Shown here: positions 1 through 9,090 of the stretch, one piece after another
How positions within the stretch are numbered: position 1 is the first letter of the stretch
How the letters are laid out: each line of letters begins with the position of its first letter
From: Clostridia bacterium
Lineage (GTDB): Bacteria > Bacillota > Clostridia > Christensenellales > Aristaeellaceae
Length of the DNA stretch: 22,521 nucleotides
Assembly: GCA_024404275.1 (NCBI GenBank)
Contig: JAKSQG010000009.1
Span: 1 to 22,521 of the forward strand
Direction of reading: 5' to 3'
The notes under the pieces: model-generated
What the model was told of the DNA's origin: nothing
The model's input: the letters and a program-made list of their open reading frames with translations, nothing else
Databases searched by the model: none
Position numbers and translations under genes: made by a program

Positions 1-568
1 GGTCTTCATTCACGACCTTGACAAAGGTCTTTTTCATCTCGTCATCCAGCGCGTTGTAATCGGCAGAGCCGTACTTTTGCTGCAGCGCCTTCAGGGCATC
101 CTCGGCGGTGCCCTTCATAAAGGGAATCTTTTTGACCGTGCTGTAAAGCTTTTTGAGCTTCTGATACTGCTCGGCGCGCTTTTTTCCCTCTTCGGTCTGC
201 GGTTTTTTAAGTCCTGCGCACCCCGTCAGCACCAGCCGTTTCACATCTTCGGGATAATGAGCGCCCAGATACAGCGCCACCCGGCCGCCGAAGGAATGGG
301 CAATGATATCGACTCTGCCCAGCTTCAGCGCTTCGATCAGCTTGTGTGTGCACTCGCCGAATTCCGTTACGCCCCAAGGTTCAGGCGGGCGGGAGGATTC
401 GCCATGGGCAGGAAAATCGATCACGGTGACATGATGGGTCTTGCCAAGCTCCTTGGCAATGGGTTCAAAATGCTTGACTGCACAGCCCCAACCGTGCAGG
501 CACAGGATTTCTTCCCCCGCGCCGTACTGCTCATAATGGATTTCTACGCCCGATACCGTAATTTTCAT
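1..568 (-). CDS. alpha/beta-fold hydrolase, 3' end runs off the window
   Basis: It is absent from the ORF track because it is open at the window edge. My minus-strand translation from the ATG at 568-566 reads MKITVSGVEIHYEQYGAGEEILCLHGWGCAVKHFEPIAKELGKTHHVTVIDFPAHGESS...IIAHSFGGRVALYLGAHYPEDVKRLVLTG. This contains an HGWG oxyanion-hole motif and an AHSFGG nucleophile elbow. The ATG overlaps the TGA of the upstream GNAT gene (ATGA). Confidence 0.8.
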   Translation of the reverse strand, partial: MKITVSGVEIHYEQYGAGEEILCLHGWGCAVKHFEPIAKELGKTHHVTVIDFPAHGESSRPPEPWGVTEFGECTHKLIEALKLGRVDIIAHSFGGRVALYLGAHYPEDVKRLVLTGCAGLKKPQTEEGKKRAEQYQKLKKLYSTVKKIPFMKGTAEDALKALQQKYGSADYNALDDEMKKTFVKVVNED

Positions 569-1092
569 TCTTTTATCCCATCCACGCGCCAGATATAGCG
601 GCATTTTTCCGTTGCACCCATACAGGCATAGCGGTAGCCTGCCGGCACCGGCACAATGCTTTCCAGCTCGCAGCCCAGCTTTTCGCAGGTGCGCCGCGAG
701 GGAGTATTTTCGGTGTTGTTGGTAATGACCACACTGTTCATGCCCATCTGCCGAAGCAGCGGAAGCAGCAAACGGCAGGCTCGCCCGGCATAGCCATGAC
801 CGCGGAAGGGCTCATCCACCCGATAGCCGATGTGCCCCAGATAATACAGATAAGCGCTTTCCCCGATTCTCAGGGAGACATATCCCACCCGACGGCGGGA
901 TGCCAATTCATAAATATCAAAAACCCAGCTGTCGGTGATGCCCATCGAGGGGTCCGTCTCACTGCGGTCAGAGAGGAGCAGTGCGATCCGGTCATCCCGG
1001 AACACCGAACGCCGTTTCAGAAAGAAATTGCCAAACACAATCGAAGCCTTTCGCTCAGTTGATACGGAAGCTATTTTAGCATATTCACACAT
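565..1092 (-). CDS. GNAT family N-acetyltransferase
   Basis: The 175-aa ORF contains GYRVDEPFRGHGYAGRACRLLL, an acetyl-CoA-binding motif A of the R/Q-x-x-G-x-G/A type, and a C-terminal NTPSRRTCEKLG. The stop is TGA. The exact start is uncertain because the ATG at 1092 has a weak RBS; an internal GTG preceded by GAAAGG is an alternative. Confidence 0.8.
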   Translation of the reverse strand: MCEYAKIASVSTERKASIVFGNFFLKRRSVFRDDRIALLLSDRSETDPSMGITDSWVFDIYELASRRRVGYVSLRIGESAYLYYLGHIGYRVDEPFRGHGYAGRACRLLLPLLRQMGMNSVVITNNTENTPSRRTCEKLGCELESIVPVPAGYRYACMGATEKCRYIWRVDGIKE

Positions 1093-1119
1093 AATTTACA
1101 ACCGACACGCTTTTTTTCT

Positions 1120-1149
1120 TTGCAATTGATAGCCATCTTATTGTATGAT
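1120..1149 (+). promoter_or_regulatory. candidate sigma-70-type promoter for the M1 peptidase gene
   Basis: TTGCAA (1120-1125), an 18-nt spacer, then TATGAT (1144-1149) in the AT-rich divergent intergenic region. A second candidate, GTGACA-N18-TATAAT (1176-1205), lies too close to the start codon to leave room for an RBS. Confidence 0.3.
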
Positions 1150-1218
1150 AGAAACGAAAAGTTGTAAGTTCGGGGGTGACAGGTCACGGCAGGAAGGTGT
1201 ATAATAGAAAGGCGTCGC

Positions 1219-2682
1219 GTGCCGCTTTGTTTGCTGTGTCTGTTTTTGATGTGCCTTGCGGTCTTGCTGCTCGTGCCGCATTCAAGAAAAGCCTCCGCCG
1301 GGCAGCGCGCCCGGGATGCTTCCGCGGGGCTCAGCCGTTATGATTATGAGCTGATTTTCCGTCCGGCAGAAAGCACACTGGCCGTCACCATGACGCTTGA
1401 TTACCGCAACGACACGGGCCATGTACTGCAAAGCCTGTGCGTCCGCCTTTGGGCCAACGCCTTTTCTGACGAGGCCTCAAGCCCCGCCGCCCTGTAGGAA
1501 TGGTATGACACCTGTTACCCGGAGGGTTTTTCCGCCGGCGGCTTCACTCCGCAGGGCATCTGGTGGAACGGCGCCGCCGTTTCCTGCACTCCGGAAACGC
1601 AGGATCCCACGGTGCTGAACATTCCCATTCCGCCGCTGTCCCCCGGAGAAAACGGCACACTGCTGCTGCGCGGAGTGCTCTCCCTGCCCCTGTGCGCCCA
1701 CCGCTTCGGACAGACGGCATATGGCGTGCAGATGATGCATGCGCTGCCCACGCTGTCGTTTTATCAGGACGGTGCCTGGCGTACAGACAGCTACAGCGCC
1801 ATCGGCGATCCCTTTATCAGCGGCTGCGCCAACTACACCGTCCATCTCAAAGCACCCACGGACTGGCAGCTGATCTGCGGCGGCAGCTGCGACAAGGCCG
1901 TGAATGCCGACGGAACCATTACCTATACCGTGCAATTGCCGGCTGCCCGTGATTTCAGCTTCGTGTTAAGCCGGGGTCTGGTTGCCGCTTCCGGGCAGGC
2001 TGACGGCATACAGGTCACTGTCTGGGCGCAGGAAAAAGCCGCGGCGCAGCGTGCTGTCCGGGATGCCGTCAAGGCGCTTCGCACCTATGCGGCGTTGTGG
2101 GGCGATTATCCTTACAGTCAGCTGGTGCTGTGCGAAGGCGCATTGCCCTTCAGCGCAGATACCGGCACCGCCTTCACCCTGATCGATCATACGTATTTTG
2201 CCTCCGACCGGGCGGAATCGCTGGAGCTGGTCATCGCCCACGAAACGGCGCACCAGTGGTTCGGCGTCATGGTAGCGTCTGACAGCGTCCGCCAGCCCTG
2301 GCAGGATGAAGCCTTGGCCGAATACGCCATGCTGCGCTACATCCTGAAAAACAGCGGTGCAGCTGCCTGGCGCAATCTGGTCACGCTGCGGGCCGACGCC
2401 CCGATGCGCGAATATATCCCTTTTCCCGTCACTCCCGCCTCTCCGATCGATTATTTCGGCAGCTATGACGTCTATTCCGCCGTGGTGATCGGGCGCGGCT
2501 GCGCCTGCCTGCTGGCGCTTGAAGAAATGTCCGGCAATCCGGATCCCTTCCTGCGCTCATATGCCGATACCTTCGCCTTCGGTTATGCCACACGGGCGGA
2601 TTTTGAATCGCTTCTCTTATCTGTCACCCAAACCGACCTTGCGCCCTTGATGACAGATTATTTGGATACACAAATGAATTGA
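1219..2682 (+). CDS. M1-family zinc metallopeptidase (gluzincin) with an N-terminal membrane anchor; one reading frame containing an in-frame TAG at 1495-1497
   Basis: ORFs 1219-1497 and 1612-2682 are in the same frame. Codons 1498-1611 are open and read EWYDTCYPEGFSAGGFTPQGIWWNGAAVSCTPETQDPT. The M1 N-terminal domain pattern (YDYELIFRP...LDYRNDTGHVLQSLCVRLWANAF) lies upstream of the TAG. HETAH (HExxH) is at 2239-2253, followed by WQDEALAEY, which supplies the third zinc ligand Glu. The stop is TGA. Confidence 0.75.
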
Positions 2683-2701
2683 GAGAAAGGAACCTCCCAT
2701 C

Positions 2702-3685
2702 ATGAAAAAAAGCACCAAAGTCATTCTCTTCGCCCTCATCGCCGTGATGCTGTTGGCCCTGCCCTTTGCCGTTCCCTCCGGCAAGATGCTGAGCGACTAC
2801 CAGTATGAGTGGATGGACTACGCCTGGAACGCCGAAGCCCTGCTCCGTCTGCTGGTGCCTTCCGCCAATGCTGAGGAAGCCGTCTACAGCCTGCCCATCG
2901 ACTTCACCCCCGGCATGACCCCCAATCCCGCCGGCTATTCCGAAGAAAGCTATGAGGATGATTCCATCAGCGTACAGCTGCAGAAGATCGAACAGGACGG
3001 CACCATCTGGCGCGTGGCCTATGTGCAGATCAAGGACGCCTCCCAGCTTCGCACCGGCATTGCCGGCGCCAAGGTGACCTCCAGCAAAACGGCCTTCGTT
3101 TCCACGATGGCCAAAAAGCAGAACGCGGTGCTGGCCATCAGCGGTGACTATTACATCAACGACCCCAACAAGACCAGCTTTGAGTACCGCATGGGCACCA
3201 AGATCCGCAACAAGCCCAACAAGACCAAGGATATCCTGATTATCGATGAAAACGGTGATTTCCATCTGTTTATCAAGTCCGCCGGTGCGGATAACTTTGT
3301 CTCCTCCACCGGTCACACCATCATCAACGCCTTTACCTTCGGTCCGGCGCTGGTCATGGACGGCGTTGAGCTGACCGTCGATAAGGGCTACAGCTACAAC
3401 CCCAACGAAAAAGAACCCCGTCTGGCCATCGGTCAGATGGATACCCTTTCCTATGTGTGTGTGGTCGCCGAGGGCCGCATGAGCACCTCTGCCGGTGCTA
3501 CCGCGCAGCAGATGGCGGACTTCATGTACGCCCTGGGCTGCAAGCAGGCCTTCTGCCTGGACGGCGGCAACACCGCCACCATGGTCTTTAACGGCGGCTT
3601 CTATATGCAGAAGGCGCAGGAAAGAGACCAGAGCGATATCATCTACTTTGCTTCCGCCGTTGACCCGGCCACCTGGGGGAACTGA
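2702..3685 (+). CDS. phosphodiester glycosidase (NAGPA/DUF2233) family protein, membrane-anchored or secreted
   Basis: The 327-aa ORF has an N-terminal hydrophobic segment (VILFALIAVMLLALPFAV). The C-terminal pattern EPRLAIGQMDTLSYVCVVAEGR...GATAQQMADFMYALGCKQAFCLDGGNTATMVF is typical of the family. An RBS (GAAAGGAA) lies upstream. Confidence 0.7.
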   Translation: MKKSTKVILFALIAVMLLALPFAVPSGKMLSDYQYEWMDYAWNAEALLRLLVPSANAEEAVYSLPIDFTPGMTPNPAGYSEESYEDDSISVQLQKIEQDGTIWRVAYVQIKDASQLRTGIAGAKVTSSKTAFVSTMAKKQNAVLAISGDYYINDPNKTSFEYRMGTKIRNKPNKTKDILIIDENGDFHLFIKSAGADNFVSSTGHTIINAFTFGPALVMDGVELTVDKGYSYNPNEKEPRLAIGQMDTLSYVCVVAEGRMSTSAGATAQQMADFMYALGCKQAFCLDGGNTATMVFNGGFYMQKAQERDQSDIIYFASAVDPATWGN

Positions 3686-3687
3686 AA

Positions 3688-4659
3688 ATGAACGAAGCCC
3701 TGTTTGAAACCTTTGAGGATACCGCCTCGTTTTCCTTCCTCGGCGCCAATGTGTTTCTGTACGGTCTGCTGTGCGCCGGCGGCGTGCTGGTGACCCTGCT
3801 GCTGTTTGCGGCAATGTGCAAAAAGGCCCGCATGACGGACGGCACCGTCCTGGTCTTCGGCGCCCTGGCACTGCCCATCGGTCTGGTGGTCAGCCGCATC
3901 CTGTTCTGCCTGCTGGACTTTGGCTTTCACGCCGTGTTCTCCCCGCGGGCGGCCGTTTCCTTCTGGGGCGGCGGCTACTCGATGGTGGGTGCCATCGGCG
4001 GCGCTGCGCTGGCCGCGGTGCTGACCGCCAAAAACCGCAAGGTCAGCGCGGCCGCACTGCTGGATATTCTGGCCGTTTCCTTCTTTGCTTTCATCGCCTT
4101 TGAGCGCATCGGTGAGAGCTTTACCGAATTGATGGGCCGCAGCCGCACGCTGGTGGAAGAGGTCGTCAAGAGCCCCTTCTTCTCCGAAACGGATGGCTAC
4201 GACTGGAAGCTCAAAACCTATCAGTTCGAATATCTGACCGCCTTCGTGCTGATGTTTGTCTGCTTCTGCTTCTATATGAAAAACAGGTCCCTGAAGGGCG
4301 ACACCGCGCTGCTGGCCTTGCTTCTGTTCGGCGCCACCCAGACTTTCTGGGAAAGCCTGCGTTTTGACAGCCACATGCGCCGTTCCTTTGTGGATATGCA
4401 GCAGATTCTGGCCGCCATCATGATGGCCATTCCCGCAGTTCTCTTTACCCTGCGCCGCACAGCAAAAGAAAAAAAGAATCTGCCGCTTTATATCATCATC
4501 GGTGTACTGGCCCTGGATGTGGGCGGTATCGTGGGCATTGAGTTCATGATCGACCGTACCGAAACAAGCCGTCTGCTGCTCTACGCCATGTATGCACTGC
4601 TGCTGGCTGCGCCCTGCGCCCTCAGCCTGATCAACCGAAAGAAGGCCCTGAACGCATGA
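3688..4659 (+). CDS. polytopic membrane protein, possibly of the prolipoprotein diacylglyceryl transferase (Lgt)-like family
   Basis: The 323-aa ORF has multiple hydrophobic helices. The segment VSRILFCLLDF...FWGGGYSMVGAIGGAALAAVL resembles the Lgt G-rich core. This assignment rests on recall only. Confidence 0.45.
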   Translation: MNEALFETFEDTASFSFLGANVFLYGLLCAGGVLVTLLLFAAMCKKARMTDGTVLVFGALALPIGLVVSRILFCLLDFGFHAVFSPRAAVSFWGGGYSMVGAIGGAALAAVLTAKNRKVSAAALLDILAVSFFAFIAFERIGESFTELMGRSRTLVEEVVKSPFFSETDGYDWKLKTYQFEYLTAFVLMFVCFCFYMKNRSLKGDTALLALLLFGATQTFWESLRFDSHMRRSFVDMQQILAAIMMAIPAVLFTLRRTAKEKKNLPLYIIIGVLALDVGGIVGIEFMIDRTETSRLLLYAMYALLLAAPCALSLINRKKALNA

Positions 4660-4865
4660 CCAAAGAAAAAGTCGCCCGCATCAATGAGCTGGCCAGAAAG
4701 AAAAAGACCGTGGGGCTGACCCCCGCCGAACTGGAAGAGCAGGCAGCCCTGCGTCAGGAATATCTGGCCGATTTCCGCGCCGGTTTCCGTGAACAGCTGA
4801 ACAACACCTACATACAGTACGAGGACGGTCACAGGGAACGCCTGACCGAAAGGAAGCCTCAATGA
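4656..4865 (+). CDS. DUF896 (UPF0291/YnzC-like) small protein
   Basis: The 69-aa ORF contains KVARINELARKKKTVGLTPAELEEQAALRQEYLADFR, which matches the family signature. It has ATGA overlaps with both neighbouring genes. Confidence 0.8.
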   Translation: MTKEKVARINELARKKKTVGLTPAELEEQAALRQEYLADFRAGFREQLNNTYIQYEDGHRERLTERKPQ

Positions 4866-5350
4866 TCCTCTCCACCCTGTGCTACATTGAGCGGGAAGGG
4901 CAGTATCTGATGCTGCACCGCGTCAAAAAAAACAAGGATGTCAATGCCGGCAAGTGGATCGGTGTGGGCGGCAAGCTGGAAAAGGACGAGTCGCCCGATG
5001 AGTGCGTTGCCCGTGAGGTCATGGAAGAAACAGGCCTTACGCTGACCCGCCCCGTGCCCCGCGGTAACATCACCTTCATCTCGGAAGGCTGGGAGAGCGA
5101 AATCATCTTTCTCTACACCGGCGAGGCAGAAGGTGAAGTGAAGCCCGACTGCGATGAAGGCGTGCTCCGCTGGGTGCCCATCGACCGCATCGACGAATTG
5201 AATCTCTGGGAAGGCGACCGCGTTTTTCTGCGTCTGCTCAGAGAAAGCCGCGATTTCTTTTCCCTCAAATTATCCTATGTGGGCGATACGCTGGTCAGCT
5301 GTGTTCTGAACGGCACGCCCATGACCCCTGTCGGAGAAAAGCAAGCATGA
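4862..5350 (+). CDS. NUDIX hydrolase (MutT/8-oxo-dGTP diphosphatase-like)
   Basis: The Nudix box GGKLEKDESPDECVAREVMEETGL fits G-x5-E-x7-REUxEExGU. The ORF is 162 aa. Confidence 0.85.
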   Translation: MILSTLCYIEREGQYLMLHRVKKNKDVNAGKWIGVGGKLEKDESPDECVAREVMEETGLTLTRPVPRGNITFISEGWESEIIFLYTGEAEGEVKPDCDEGVLRWVPIDRIDELNLWEGDRVFLRLLRESRDFFSLKLSYVGDTLVSCVLNGTPMTPVGEKQA

Positions 5351-6354
5351 AAAAAATACTGCTCCCGCTGCTGATGCTTGTGCTTCTGTGCACAGGGGCA
5401 GCCGCCGAAACAGCCCTGTATACCACCACCACCTCGCTGGATGTGTACATTCGCTCCGAAATGGACAAAAAGTCCTCTCCCGTCGGCTCCGCCGGCAAAG
5501 GGGCTACGGTGCAGGTCTATGCCCTCTATCCCGAATGGGCCTATGTGGGCTACAACGGTGCCCGGGGCTACATCAACCGGGCTCACCTCAACGTCGGACG
5601 ACCGATAGACAAAGTCAACACCCCGCCGTGGGGCGTGGAGGTTTACACCTACACCGCCACCGTTGGGCAGAACGGCGCCTCGATTCTTTCCGCTCCCGAA
5701 GCCGGCAGCGAACCTCTGTTCAGCCTGACGCCGGGCACAAAAATATCCGTCCTCGGCTTTGAAGACGGATGGGCGGTGCTCAATTATTACCGCCAGTACG
5801 GTTATGTGGACGCAGCCTCCTTCTGTGAACTGCAGCCCATCTGGCCGGACGCCTTCAGCGGCACAGACGAGGCTCCCATTGCCGCCTTTACTTCCTATTA
5901 TGTCATCAACTCCACCGAGCCGATGGCACACGGCAAGGAGATCAATATCGGCGTCAACTGCAAGGCCATGAGCGGCGAAACGCTTGCTCCGGGAAAAACG
6001 CTGAATTACAACACCCATTACGGCCCCTTCAAAGCCAACAAGGGTTACATCAAGGGTCCGGTGCTGATTACCGGCGGCTGGAGCCTCGGTTGGGGCGGCG
6101 GTGTGTGTCAGGTCTCCAGCACGTTGTACAACGCGGTGCTGCAGCTGCCCGGTGTGACCATTATCGATCGCCGCGCGCACGGCGCGGACGGCGCCGCCTA
6201 TCTGTGCCTGGGCATGGATGCGGCAGTTGGCAACAACACCAAGGGCATCAACTTTATCTTCCGCAACGATTACGAGTTCCCCATCCGCTTTGAAGCATTG
6301 GCGCAGGATGGCGCGCTGTACATTGCCATTTACCGCGTTACGGCAGGATCGTGA
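5347..6354 (+). CDS. secreted SH3b-domain / VanW-domain protein
   Basis: It has a signal peptide (MKKILLPLLMLVLLCTGAAAE) and two SH3b-like segments (GATVQVYALYPEWAYVGYNGARGYI; GTKISVLGFEDGWAVLNYYRQYGYV). The VanW core is GGGVCQVSSTLYNAVLQLPGVTIIDRRAH. Confidence 0.8.
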   Translation: MKKILLPLLMLVLLCTGAAAETALYTTTTSLDVYIRSEMDKKSSPVGSAGKGATVQVYALYPEWAYVGYNGARGYINRAHLNVGRPIDKVNTPPWGVEVYTYTATVGQNGASILSAPEAGSEPLFSLTPGTKISVLGFEDGWAVLNYYRQYGYVDAASFCELQPIWPDAFSGTDEAPIAAFTSYYVINSTEPMAHGKEINIGVNCKAMSGETLAPGKTLNYNTHYGPFKANKGYIKGPVLITGGWSLGWGGGVCQVSSTLYNAVLQLPGVTIIDRRAHGADGAAYLCLGMDAAVGNNTKGINFIFRNDYEFPIRFEALAQDGALYIAIYRVTAGS

Positions 6355-6784
6355 CCCGGTTTCCATGTTGGCACAGGGCAAACACCTGCGCAATATCCTC
6401 TGCGTTCAAAGCGATGCAGCCGGCTGTCCAGTCGCTGCCGCTGCCGCCTCCGTGGATACAGATCTCTCCGCCCAGGGCTGTGCCCCAGGGCGGTCTTTTT
6501 TGTTCCCGTTCACACTGACGGATATATTCCACCAGCTGCTCTTCCGCCCGCAGGCGCAGCGCATCGACAGAAGAAGGATAGCTGAGACCCAGAGACTGTC
6601 CGAATTTGCCGTGCTCCTTGCAAAGGCAGATATAATCCGCGCCCTCAGGCGTGCGCCCGTCTCCGGCACATTCCTTGCTGCCTTCCGGATGGTTCCCCAG
6701 AGCGATACGGCAGCAAAAAACAGCCGATCCGCTGTCATCCAGCACCGTCAGCTGTCTTAAATGTTTGATGATCTCGATTCTCAC
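6338..6784 (-). CDS. L,D-transpeptidase (YkuD/YafK-like) catalytic-domain protein
   Basis: The 148-aa ORF contains ICIHGGGSGSDWTAGCIALNAEDIAQVF, which fits the H-G...GC(I/V) active-site pattern. The stop is TAA. Its 3' end overlaps the convergent VanW gene by 17 nt. Confidence 0.65.
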   Translation of the reverse strand: MRIEIIKHLRQLTVLDDSGSAVFCCRIALGNHPEGSKECAGDGRTPEGADYICLCKEHGKFGQSLGLSYPSSVDALRLRAEEQLVEYIRQCEREQKRPPWGTALGGEICIHGGGSGSDWTAGCIALNAEDIAQVFALCQHGNRVTILP

Positions 6785-7461
6785 AGGAAAAGCCCCGTCA
6801 ACACAATGGGCAGCAGCACCGCCGGCAGCAGGTTGCCCACAGGAATATGCTCCTTGCGGATCAGGTTGAGACCGATGCCCATGATGAGCACACCGCCGGC
6901 AGCACTCATTTCGGTCACCACCGCCGCAGTCAGCACAGGTTCCACCGCTCCGGCGAGCAGCGTGATAAAGCCCTGATACACCAGCACTGTCACCGCGGAA
7001 GCCATGACGCCGATACCGCAGCTGCCCGTCAGGAAGATGGCCATCACGCCGTCCAGCACGGATTTGGCAAAGATGGTGCTGTAATCGCCGCGAAGACCGG
7101 CGTCAAGCGAGCCTACAATGGCCATGGCGCCCACACAGTACAGCAGGGATGCGGTCACAAAGCCCTTGGCAAAGCTGCCCTCCTCGCCCTTGCTGAGGCG
7201 GCTTTCAATGGTCGTTCCGAGGCGTCCCAGCCATTTTTCAATATCGATGAGACAGCCGATAAAGCCGCCGATCGCCACGGAAATGATGACGATCAGCATG
7301 TTGGCGGTTTTGAGGGCGGTGCTGAGACCAATGACCACCGTGCACAGACCAAGACCCTTGGAAATGGCATCGTTATAGCGTTCGGGCAGCTTGCCGTGCA
7401 GCAGCAGACCCACCAGGGATCCCAGGATAATCACAGCGGCATTTACAATTGCGGCAATCAT
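6781..7461 (-). CDS. DUF554 (YqgA/YdfK) family membrane protein
   Basis: The 226-aa ORF contains MIAAIVNAAVIILGSLVG...AMAIVGSLDAGLRGDYSTIFAKSVLDG...GGVLIMGIGLNL, characteristic of DUF554. A GGAGGA RBS lies upstream. Confidence 0.85.
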   Translation of the reverse strand: MIAAIVNAAVIILGSLVGLLLHGKLPERYNDAISKGLGLCTVVIGLSTALKTANMLIVIISVAIGGFIGCLIDIEKWLGRLGTTIESRLSKGEEGSFAKGFVTASLLYCVGAMAIVGSLDAGLRGDYSTIFAKSVLDGVMAIFLTGSCGIGVMASAVTVLVYQGFITLLAGAVEPVLTAAVVTEMSAAGGVLIMGIGLNLIRKEHIPVGNLLPAVLLPIVLTGLFL

Positions 7462-7483
7462 TTTTATCCTCCGTACATTGGAA

Positions 7484-7519
7484 GTCCCTCAGGCGTTTGC
7501 ACTGAGGGACTGTTTTTTT
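7484..7519. other. GC-rich stem-loop between degV and the DUF554 gene
   Basis: The stem is GTCCCTCAG (7484-7492) paired with CTGAGGGAC (7502-7510), with a 9-nt loop. The T-run (7513-7519) is on the plus-strand side, although both flanking genes are on the minus strand. Confidence 0.35.
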
Positions 7520-8396
7520 ACTTTGCGCGTACGTTCTCTCCGCCGAAGAAGAACAGAGCGATGGTACCGGGACCCACATGGCTGCCCGTCACCGGTTCAT
7601 AATCGACGGTCATGATCTCTTTGGGCGGATGGTTGCGGCGCAGCATTTCCGCCAGCTGCGCGGCTTCGGCTTCGCAATCGGCATGAGCGATGCACACGGT
7701 CTGTTCGCCCGGGTTGACCACCAGCTCATCATACTTCTGCGCCAAGGACTGAACGGCCTTTTTGCGTCCGCGCACAATGCCGAAGTTGACGATACGGCCC
7801 ATTTCATCGCCCTTGAGCAGGGGCTTGATGTTGAGCATGGAGGTGACAAAGGCCACTGCGCTGTGGAGGCGTCCCGTATGACTGAGGTATTTCAGATCAT
7901 CCACCGTGAACACCTGATAGATGTGCTGCACCCTGCTGCGCAGGAACTCCTCGTTATCGGCAATGGACATGCCCTGATCGCGGTTTTCCACAGCCAGCAT
8001 CACAAAAAGACCTTCGCCGAGGGAAGCGGCACGGGTATCGATGGAAACGATCTTCCGCTCCGGATACTTTTCCTTAAGTGCCTCTGCGGCGGTCATGGAA
8101 GAGTTATAGGAGCCGCTGATGCCGGAAGACATCGAAATGAACAGGATGTCCTGCCCCTGAGAGAGATACTTCTCAAAGCAATACTCAAACGTCTGCGGAT
8201 TGATCTGGGAGGTGGTCACCTTCATGCCCGCCCGCATATCGTCATAGAACTTTTTGCCGTCAAATACAGTGCTGTTAAGGCACTGCATCTCGACCCCCTC
8301 CACAAAATAGGAGAAGGGAGCGATATCCACGCCGTGCTCCATCAAGTAAGAGGAAGGTAAATTCGCCGAGGTATCGGTAATGATCTGATAGCTCAT
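7518..8396 (-). CDS. DegV family fatty-acid-binding protein
   Basis: The 292-aa ORF starts MSYQIITDTSANLP and contains TTSQINPQTF...FISMSSGISGSYNS and the C-terminal THVGPGTIALFF pattern typical of DegV. Confidence 0.9.
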   Translation of the reverse strand: MSYQIITDTSANLPSSYLMEHGVDIAPFSYFVEGVEMQCLNSTVFDGKKFYDDMRAGMKVTTSQINPQTFEYCFEKYLSQGQDILFISMSSGISGSYNSSMTAAEALKEKYPERKIVSIDTRAASLGEGLFVMLAVENRDQGMSIADNEEFLRSRVQHIYQVFTVDDLKYLSHTGRLHSAVAFVTSMLNIKPLLKGDEMGRIVNFGIVRGRKKAVQSLAQKYDELVVNPGEQTVCIAHADCEAEAAQLAEMLRRNHPPKEIMTVDYEPVTGSHVGPGTIALFFFGGENVRAK

Positions 8397-8420
8397 GTAT
8401 CTCTCCGATGCTGATCATTC

Positions 8421-8460
8421 AAAAAATGGAAAAAAAGCCGCTGCACCGGGCAGCGGCTTT
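8421..8460 (-). terminator. rho-independent terminator after rpmA
   Basis: On the minus strand, AAAGCCGCTGC-CCGGT-GCAGCGGCTTT is followed by TTTTTTCCATTTTTT. Confidence 0.85.
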
Positions 8461-8472
8461 GGGAGCATAAAA

Positions 8473-8757
8473 TTACTGCTCCTTGGGGTAGACACAAACC
8501 TGCTTCTTGTCGCGGCCCAGGCGCTCGAAACGCACGATACCGTCAGCCTTGGCGAACAGGGTATCATCCTTGCCGATGCCCACGTTCAGGCCGGGATTGA
8601 TATGGGTGCCGCGCTGGCGAACCAGAATGTTGCCGGCCAGCACGAACTGACCATCAGCGCGCTTCGCACCCAGACGCTTGCTTTCGCTGTCGCGGCCGTT
8701 GCGGGTAGAGCCCATACCTTTTTTATGAGCGAACAACTGAAGATTGAGTTTCATCAT
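8473..8757 (-). CDS. rpmA: 50S ribosomal protein L27 with a cleavable N-terminal extension
   Basis: [33 protein letters not shown]... matches L27. The prefix before the F-A cleavage site is the Prp substrate motif. Confidence 0.95.
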   Translation of the reverse strand: MMKLNLQLFAHKKGMGSTRNGRDSESKRLGAKRADGQFVLAGNILVRQRGTHINPGLNVGIGKDDTLFAKADGIVRFERLGRDKKQVCVYPKEQ

Positions 8758-8778
8758 GGTAGCTTCCTCCGTTTTTAT

Positions 8779-9090
8779 TCACCGCACGGTGATGCGGATG
8801 TACTTGGAATAAGATTGACCGATATCCTGTATGCCTTGTTCAAAGGCTTTGAGCAGCACCACGGCGTCGTGGTTGGGTTGATCAAGATGTGCCTTTACAA
8901 GCCCATCCCCCGTTTCCAGTTCCGGCGTCTGCCCCGCCACGCTTTCCAAAGCGTTGACGCAGGTGGTTGCCAGCACGGAAACCGCCGCACAGACGATGTC
9001 GTGCCCTTCTTCGGCAAAACCGGCATGACCGCGGCACTCAAAACCGCAAGGCACACCGCCCTTGTCATGATACAGGATGACCCTGGTCAT
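8779..9090 (-). CDS. prp: ribosomal-processing cysteine protease Prp (YsxB family)
   Basis: The 103-aa ORF sits between rplU and rpmA. It contains GFECRGHAGFAEEGHDIVCAAVSVL, which carries the His/Cys dyad region. Its ATG overlaps the rplU TGA. Confidence 0.9.
   Translation of the reverse strand: MTRVILYHDKGGVPCGFECRGHAGFAEEGHDIVCAAVSVLATTCVNALESVAGQTPELETGDGLVKAHLDQPNHDAVVLLKAFEQGIQDIGQSYSKYIRITVR

Noticed and set aside
1176-1205. GTGACA-N18-TATAAT as the promoter for the M1 peptidase gene.
   Set aside because: The -10 element ends only 13 nt before the GTG at 1219. The transcript would therefore lack the GAAAGG RBS. The upstream TTGCAA-N18-TATGAT is the more plausible candidate, although it is still weak.
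1495-1611. Frameshift or sequencing-indel explanations for the split M1 peptidase, the split sigma-54 activator and the split gene at 20585-21991.
   Set aside because: In all three genes the flanking ORFs are in the same frame and the intervening codons are open. The only lesion is a TAG triplet, so no indel is needed.
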